Positions 26,455-32,000 of a stretch of DNA of 32,000 nt are shown here, one piece after another. Each line of letters opens with the position of its first letter. The stretch's first letter is position 1. The notes beneath the pieces are model-generated. The model worked only from the letters and a program-made list of their open reading frames with translations, was not told the DNA's origin and ran no database searches. The position numbers and the translations under genes are program-made. Source of the stretch: Candidatus Kuenenia stuttgartensis (GTDB lineage: Bacteria > Planctomycetota > Brocadiia > Brocadiales > Brocadiaceae); the NCBI RefSeq assembly GCF_900232105.1, contig NZ_LT934425.1, positions 3,120,001-3,152,000 on the forward strand, given 5' to 3'.

Positions 26455-27636
26455 ATGGAAATAATAATAGAACAAACACGGGAAACGCCCGTCGGCAAAT
26501 CTTCGGTAGAGATTGTGGAACGTAAGGGCATAGGACATCCTGACACACTTTGCGACGGCGCAGCAGAAGAGTTAAGCAAGGCCTTTTCAAAATACTATTT
26601 GGAGCATTTTGGAAGAATCCTGCACCATAATGTCGATAAATGTCTTCTGGTGGGCGGATGCGCTGAAGTCTCTTTCGGAGGCGGCAGGGTAACCGTTCCT
26701 ATGAAATTAATTATGGCAGGCCGCGCCACTGAATATGCCGGAAATAGCAAAATACCACTGGAAGAAATTGCAAAAGAAACCATTTATGCGTGGCTAAGGA
26801 ATCGCATGCGATTCCTGGAACCGGAGAAGAATGTTGTCATTGATATGCAGACAAGAACAGGAAGCGCAGATTTACGGGCAACCTATGATAGTACGCAGCT
26901 TTCGGCAAACGATACTTCGGTTGGCGTAGGGTTTTCACCAATGACGGAACTGGAATCCATTGTGTATTCCACCGAACAATTTCTCAATTCTGCAGAAACA
27001 AAACGCAATTACCCCATGGTCGGCGAAGATATTAAAATTATGGGGATCAGATTAAACGATCAAATAAATCTTACTATTGCCATTGCCTTTGTAGCCCGAT
27101 TCATTTCATCAAAAGAAGAATACCTCAAAATCAAACGTCTTCTCGCAGAATACATCGATGCATTTATTAAAAAACATACCTCAAAAAGAATCACCAGTGT
27201 CATCAACGCCGCAGATGATGCAGAGAGGAATATTTACTACCTGACCGTTACAGGTACAAGCGCGGAGTGCGGAGACGACGGACAGGTAGGAAGGGGAAAC
27301 AGGGTAAACGGCCTTATTACCCCCTATCGTCCTATGACGATGGAAGCGACTGCGGGGAAAAACCCTGTTACCCATACAGGAAAATTATACAATATAGCCG
27401 CGCATGAAATATCCAGGGAACTTACACAGAATGCGGATATTCACAATGCAGAATGCTATCTGGTGAGCCAGATAGGAAAACCTATTACCGAACCGCAAAT
27501 TGTGCACATAAAAATACATTCCTCCATTACCAGAGAGTCCCTGGAAGACATATGCACAAATATTGCAAAGAAACATCTCCACCTGATACCGCAATTGTGG
27601 GAGAGTATTTTAGAACAACGTTTTACCCTCTTTTAA
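26455..27636 (+). CDS. Archaeal-type S-adenosylmethionine synthetase (methionine adenosyltransferase, PF01941 type)
   Basis: Track ORF trimmed to MEIIIEQ. EIVERKGIGHPDTLCDG, ILHHNVDK, ANDTSVGVGF, YLTVTGTSAECGDDGQVGRGNRVNGLITPYRPMTMEATAGKNPVTH are near-identical in pattern to the Methanocaldococcus MAT sequence as I recall it. Confidence 0.92.
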   Translation: MEIIIEQTRETPVGKSSVEIVERKGIGHPDTLCDGAAEELSKAFSKYYLEHFGRILHHNVDKCLLVGGCAEVSFGGGRVTVPMKLIMAGRATEYAGNSKIPLEEIAKETIYAWLRNRMRFLEPEKNVVIDMQTRTGSADLRATYDSTQLSANDTSVGVGFSPMTELESIVYSTEQFLNSAETKRNYPMVGEDIKIMGIRLNDQINLTIAIAFVARFISSKEEYLKIKRLLAEYIDAFIKKHTSKRITSVINAADDAERNIYYLTVTGTSAECGDDGQVGRGNRVNGLITPYRPMTMEATAGKNPVTHTGKLYNIAAHEISRELTQNADIHNAECYLVSQIGKPITEPQIVHIKIHSSITRESLEDICTNIAKKHLHLIPQLWESILEQRFTLF

Positions 27637-27686
27637 ATCAGGCTGCTTTTGGCAGCGACTTTATTATGTTGTTAATGTTAATGTAG

Positions 27687-27713
27687 AGACGCATTGCATG
27701 CGTCTTTCTGTTG
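27687..27713 (+). terminator. Probable intrinsic terminator after the SAM synthetase gene
   Basis: AGACGCA TTGCA TGCGTCT stem-loop followed by TTCTGTTG, 50 nt after the stop. Confidence 0.45.
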
Positions 27714-27809
27714 TGTCGGTAAGTTCTTTTGTGTCGACATTATTATCAATCATTTAAAACAGCACATATTTTCATGGCAATTCTATTTAGCAAGGAGAAA
27801 TTTACTTAA

Positions 27810-28469
27810 ATGGCTATAAAAATAAGCTTCAATTCCGGCAGGATAAAATTCCTCATACACCTTTCGGTTTTTATCAGTGCGTTATGTTTTGTAATGAATA
27901 CAGACGCTGGAGAAAAAAAGACGGGAGAGATACATGGCACCGTAGTAGCAAAAAAGGCAAAATATAGAAAACATGCTATTGCTTATATAGAAAAGACATC
28001 TGAAACGTACGACACTCCCGTTGAACATGCCGTTATGGACCAAAAAAATATCACATTTATCCCCCATGTCCTTCCTTTATTAAAAGGTACAACGGTAGAT
28101 TTCCTGAACAGCGACGATGTACGGCACAATATCTATTCTTCTGATGATGTTGCAGATAATATGAATCTTGGCTCATGGTTTAAGGGGGAAACACGATCTT
28201 TTACTTTTAACAAAACAGGAGTGGCAACAATGCGATGTAACGTGCATAGTGATATGTTGGCTTATATTGTAGTATTGCAGAATCCGTATTTTTCCAGGGT
28301 AGACGATGAAGGCTTTTTTACAATAAACAATGTGCCGGAAGGTAAATATACTTTAAAACTTTGGACGGCGCCAAAAAGAGTCTTGTGGGGAAAATATCCT
28401 GAAGCAAAAGATATATCAATTGAAGTAACTGCGGGGGGGATTACGAAGGTTGCCTTTACAATCGAATAA
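27810..28469 (+). CDS. Secreted cupredoxin-like protein with C-terminal carboxypeptidase-regulatory-like beta domain
   Basis: 219 aa. Signal-peptide-like N-terminus. Possible type-1 Cu ligand set HN...CNVHSDM. C-terminal GFFTINNVPEGKYTLKLW typical of CarboxypepD_reg-like folds. Confidence 0.55.
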   Translation: MAIKISFNSGRIKFLIHLSVFISALCFVMNTDAGEKKTGEIHGTVVAKKAKYRKHAIAYIEKTSETYDTPVEHAVMDQKNITFIPHVLPLLKGTTVDFLNSDDVRHNIYSSDDVADNMNLGSWFKGETRSFTFNKTGVATMRCNVHSDMLAYIVVLQNPYFSRVDDEGFFTINNVPEGKYTLKLWTAPKRVLWGKYPEAKDISIEVTAGGITKVAFTIE

Positions 28470-28581
28470 CCGCACAATGAAATATACACCGATAATCTTT
28501 TAGGGAGCATTTCCGAATAATCCTCTGATTTTGTGAGCCAGTGGGGTGGGGTACGGGCAATTCCACCTCCTCTGGTTTTCC

Positions 28582-31200
28582 TTAAAAGACACCCTTTGCA
28601 TTCAAATAGGGGCCATACTTTCTGTCTTCAGTAAGGATATGGTCAATAATCCAATCTTTAAACAAATCCAGCGCCTCCATATTCATCTCCATGTCTTCAT
28701 TACTGATTTGCTTTTTTATTTTCATTATATCTTCTATCAGCCTCTGATGTTTCATTCGATGGGATTCATAATCATTATAGTAGTGTTCTCTTAATAAGTT
28801 TTCTTCCTCGGCAAAATGATATAAAACGAAATCAATTAAAAAACTTATTGATGCGTCTAAAATGGGAGTTTCTTTTTTTGAATCGATTGCTTCGCAAAGT
28901 TTATTTGCCTTTGCCAGCAGCTGTTTGTGGTGGTAATCGATTTTTTGTATATTGATGCAATACTCATTTCTCCAGTAGAAAATAGGTAGGCTGTTGAGGG
29001 TTGGGTCTAACAGATGTTTTCTTCTTTTTTTAAATGTTTCGAAAAGTTTCCATCGTATTACCGGGATATCCCTGAGTTCGTTGCCTGATATTTTACAAAT
29101 CTCAACCGGTTCCGTTGCGCGAATCTTAAACAGGCTGGGCATACCGAAAAGCATGCCTTCTTCACCGAAGAAATCGCCTTCTTCCAGGGTTTCCAATACG
29201 TCCTTTCCGATATAGATTTGCAACTTTCCCATCTTAACAACATAAAGATCGGAGCAGTTTTTATCCAAAAAGATTTCTCCTTCGGGATAGTGGTGGAAAC
29301 TCATTGCGCGCGTAAGCATAACCTGCCTTAGATATGATATGGAATAACCAAGAAGCCATGTCTTTTGCAGGAATTTTCTTTTTTCCTGTATTTTCTCAAT
29401 CCTGCCATACAGTTCATTCTTCTTTACAAACCCGATATACAATGAGTGGGGCAGTCTTAATGCCTGCACAAAACTTGCCGCACGATACGTATCTGCCGAA
29501 GGGGCATTGTTCAGAGCTGACATTTCACCAATCAAAGCGCCCGCAGACAATATGCCCTGTCTTCCCGTGCCGGCTTGTATGTGTTCTACGTTTCCGGTTA
29601 AAATTAAAAAAATATCATCCGGGATGGTTCCTCCCTTTAGCATGATCGTTTCCGGATTAAACGAAATTACCGGGTTGTTTAACAGGATTCTTACCTGATA
29701 AAGAGGCACGGAGGGGAAGTACGATTTCAGATGTTGAAAGGCATATTGGCGGGCATACTCCTGATGGGTGGGAATTAATACGTCAACCATTCCAAAAGGG
29801 GCGCCTGAGCCGATTTCTTTCTGCTGACTGGTCAATTCCGAAGAGGTATGCGATAATATAATCTTTTCCGATGTATCCTCCCGGAAATCTTCTGCTTTCC
29901 CATGAATCAATCCGCCCCCGATATCAATTTTTTTTAAGGTGACTTCTTGTAAATATTCTTTTTCTACCCGGTCATAAAACTTTTTGGAAATCCCGGAGCC
30001 TGCGTTGTCCTCTGAAATCATGCCGTTTAACGCATCAAGGTCTACGGTATCAGCATAGTGTGCATAGGTTTTATAGCCATCTTCACATAAAGCGCGAAAA
30101 ATGAATATGTTGTTTTCCACGGGGTGGGGGGAAATCATAGGGTATACCTCTAAGCCGTCAATATTATTCCAGACGTTAAACTCAAGATCGTTGACTTCAA
30201 AGTAATCGGAAAAATTTTTCTCTTCAATGGAAACCAACGCGGAGAGTTTTTTCGCGACAGAGACACGCACCAATGGAGTAGCAAAATACTTGACACGGTG
30301 ATCCGCCCGCATTAATGTAGTAAGTCCGGCAAAATGGTCATCGTGGGCGTGGGTATGGAAGATGCCTTCAATCTCGTTAACATTAATTCCTAATGCTATA
30401 AGACTATTGGCAATATTCGGTTCTGCGTCAATCAGATATACTTTCCCCTGAAACATTATAATGCTTGACATAGCAGGGCGTTTGATATCCCATCCATCGC
30501 CCTGCCCGGAGTGAATTATCGCAAAATACTCCCTCTTTATGTTGTGAAACCCAAGTGAATAGGGGGCGCTGTAGTTTTCGTGGCGGGCAAGATTCAGGTC
30601 AACCGTAATAAACTCGCCTTGGTACTGCAATTCAAAGACATTCAGGCGTAAATGTCTGATAAACACGCCATTTCGAATTTCCGTAGGCTCGTTTTTCACT
30701 ATTACGGCGTCGAGAAGATCTTTAGTTTTATGGATTTTTCCATAGGCAAATTTTAACTTTACATTCATTAATTCCTTTGCCTCGTCAGGAGACATACCGG
30801 CGTTTATTAATTCTTCTTCAGATACCAAACCGTAATTGCCTCTATATATATATTGCATTTGAGCCTCTACTTGGTCCTCTGACCCAATAAGCATTGGTTT
30901 GGCATTTGTATTATTGGGGTGATTGGGCAACATCATTCCCTGGCGGTAGAGCATCTGCATTACGGGAAATTCTGCAAGATTTGCAAATCTTCCATTTTGT
31001 ACTAACAAGTCTGACAATAAAATAGCATTAGGCCCCGATTCATACTTATCTTCCCCTACTATTCTGTTTTGGATAAACCCCTGTTTTTTTAAATGTTTTA
31101 CGGCATCCGCCGGGCAACCACACAAGATATAAACACCGGCTTCGGGTATTTCTACCCAAAAGACTCCATTCGTAATCTTGCATTTTCTTAATTTGGACAT
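28582..31200 (-). CDS. Multidomain signalling protein: N-terminal domain / MBL-fold hydrolase / two cyclic-nucleotide-binding domains / bacteriohemerythrin
   Basis: 872 aa. MBL motif HTHAHDDHFAG. Two cNMP-binding-like segments (...LSAGALIGEMSAL..., ...EGDFFGEEGMLFG...). C-terminal hemerythrin pattern W..EY..NIQKIDYHHKQL...HFAEEENLL...H...H...FKDWIIDHILTEDRKY. AGGAAGG RBS. Confidence 0.85.
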   Translation of the reverse strand: MSKLRKCKITNGVFWVEIPEAGVYILCGCPADAVKHLKKQGFIQNRIVGEDKYESGPNAILLSDLLVQNGRFANLAEFPVMQMLYRQGMMLPNHPNNTNAKPMLIGSEDQVEAQMQYIYRGNYGLVSEEELINAGMSPDEAKELMNVKLKFAYGKIHKTKDLLDAVIVKNEPTEIRNGVFIRHLRLNVFELQYQGEFITVDLNLARHENYSAPYSLGFHNIKREYFAIIHSGQGDGWDIKRPAMSSIIMFQGKVYLIDAEPNIANSLIALGINVNEIEGIFHTHAHDDHFAGLTTLMRADHRVKYFATPLVRVSVAKKLSALVSIEEKNFSDYFEVNDLEFNVWNNIDGLEVYPMISPHPVENNIFIFRALCEDGYKTYAHYADTVDLDALNGMISEDNAGSGISKKFYDRVEKEYLQEVTLKKIDIGGGLIHGKAEDFREDTSEKIILSHTSSELTSQQKEIGSGAPFGMVDVLIPTHQEYARQYAFQHLKSYFPSVPLYQVRILLNNPVISFNPETIMLKGGTIPDDIFLILTGNVEHIQAGTGRQGILSAGALIGEMSALNNAPSADTYRAASFVQALRLPHSLYIGFVKKNELYGRIEKIQEKRKFLQKTWLLGYSISYLRQVMLTRAMSFHHYPEGEIFLDKNCSDLYVVKMGKLQIYIGKDVLETLEEGDFFGEEGMLFGMPSLFKIRATEPVEICKISGNELRDIPVIRWKLFETFKKRRKHLLDPTLNSLPIFYWRNEYCINIQKIDYHHKQLLAKANKLCEAIDSKKETPILDASISFLIDFVLYHFAEEENLLREHYYNDYESHRMKHQRLIEDIMKIKKQISNEDMEMNMEALDLFKDWIIDHILTEDRKYGPYLNAKGVF

Positions 31201-31287
31201 TTATAAAAACCTTCCTGCAAATACTAAAAATAGAACGTAAACTATTATAGCCAAACAAATACTGTTGCCGAAAGATGAGCAATAAAA

Positions 31288-31345
31288 TTCACTGTAAGGG
31301 GTGACACGGACAAACTTGTTTGTCCGTGTCACCCCTTACAGTGAA
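31288..31345. repeat. 58-bp near-perfect palindrome (28-bp arms)
   Basis: TTCACTGTAAGGGGTGACACGGACAAAC TT GTTTGTCCGTGTCACCCCTTACAGTGAA. Lies 88 bp upstream of the 872-aa gene start, in the divergent intergenic region. Confidence 0.7.
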
Positions 31346-31579
31346 TGATAGAAGCACCATTTTGCGTGACTTTTCATAAACGCTAAAACTATACCATTGT
31401 ACCCATGGCAAGTAAATTAATTTTAAATAATTCATAACAATTTAGTACCTTATCGGTAATTTCTTTGTATTTCTTGGCAAAATATTTAATTGTGAAATCC
31501 GAAATGCTCAATATACTAGAGAGGTTCACAATTTGTGATGTATCAACTTGATACAAGGCAATTATTCCATAAGGGGCGG

Positions 31580-31604
31580 CACTGACAAGCCTTGCTTGTC
31601 AGTG
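31580..31604. repeat. 25-bp hairpin with a core related to the 58-bp palindrome
   Basis: CACTGACAAGC CTT GCTTGTCAGTG. Shares the GACAA(G/A)C..TTG..TTGTC core. Ends 39 bp upstream of the priA start. Confidence 0.5.
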
Positions 31605-31642
31605 ATATAATTAGTTAACAATAAAACTCTCTTTCATCAGCG

Positions 31643-32000
31643 ATGAGCATTGCAGATAAATCATCAAAACTTCAAGATACGCCAACCGGCCAGACGCTAC
31701 AGCAATTATTTGCGGAAGTGGTTTTCAATATTCCGTTAAACAAGCTGTTTCACTACAGCGTGCCTCCGGATTTAAGGGAACTCCTCACGCCTGGTATGCG
31801 TGTAAAAGCGCCTTTTGGCAATAAGGTAATTACAGGTTTTTGCGTAGGCCTTACCACCATACCTTCCGTATATAAGACCAAAGATCTCATGGGGATACTG
31901 GATGCGTTTCCTCTGGCGGACGAGACTATGCTCAGGATTACAAAATGGCTTTCTTCCTACTATTGCTGCGGATGGGGAGAGGCGATACATGCGGTGATAC
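31643..32000 (+). CDS. priA: Primosomal protein N' (PriA), N-terminal part; continues beyond the window
   Basis: Own translation: MSIADKSSKLQDTPTGQTLQQLFAEVVFNIPLNKLFHYSVPPDLRELLTPGMRVKAPFGNKVITGFCVGL... The pattern 'V....P....F.Y.VP......G.RV.VPFG.....G' is typical of the PriA N-terminus. Open to base 32000. Confidence 0.8.
   Translation, partial: MSIADKSSKLQDTPTGQTLQQLFAEVVFNIPLNKLFHYSVPPDLRELLTPGMRVKAPFGNKVITGFCVGLTTIPSVYKTKDLMGILDAFPLADETMLRITKWLSSYYCCGWGEAIHAVI

Noticed and set aside
31526-31538. TCACAATTTGTGA palindrome as a CRP/cAMP-receptor site near cAMP-related genes
   Set aside because: The half-sites are in the wrong arrangement and spacing (TCACA-N3-TGTGA rather than TGTGA-N6-TCACA). 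This is a coincidental resemblance only.

Overview
AT-rich bacterial chromosomal window in three parts. (1) 1-14603, minus strand: a six-gene type-1-like BREX phage-defence locus (brxA, brxB, pglX, brxC, pglZ, brxL; brxL runs off the left edge). The gene order is non-canonical. An AT-rich two-gene toxin-antitoxin-like cassette (99 aa plus a 125-aa DUF6516-like 'HHKH' protein) and a 258-bp MITE lie between pglX and brxC. (2) 14604-16990: a decayed, almost non-coding stretch. It holds three 138-151-bp MITE copies and a 258-bp relative (most with perfect 8-bp target-site duplications), a MITE-disrupted DUF2779 pseudogene, a Lon-S16 protease remnant and a tiny Lys-rich ORF. (3) 16991-32000: ordinary redox, stress and signalling genes. 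These are a rubredoxin / tetrahaem cytochrome c / TrxB / rubrerythrin-like cluster, a GAF-adenylate cyclase with a receiver protein, DUF4912 plus a GH57 branching enzyme, Hsp20, a zinc-ribbon protein, a universal stress protein, an archaeal-type SAM synthetase, a cupredoxin-like protein, an 872-aa MBL / 2x cNMP-binding / hemerythrin protein, and the 5' end of priA. I saw no rRNA, tRNA or CRISPR array. The best candidates for follow-up are the cassette embedded in the permuted BREX operon, the AT-rich module inside pglX, and the apparently active MITE family. The host cannot be named from the sequence; the gene content suggests an anaerobe or microaerophile. All GC values are hand counts on sample 60-nt lines and all family assignments are motif recognition by eye, not searches.
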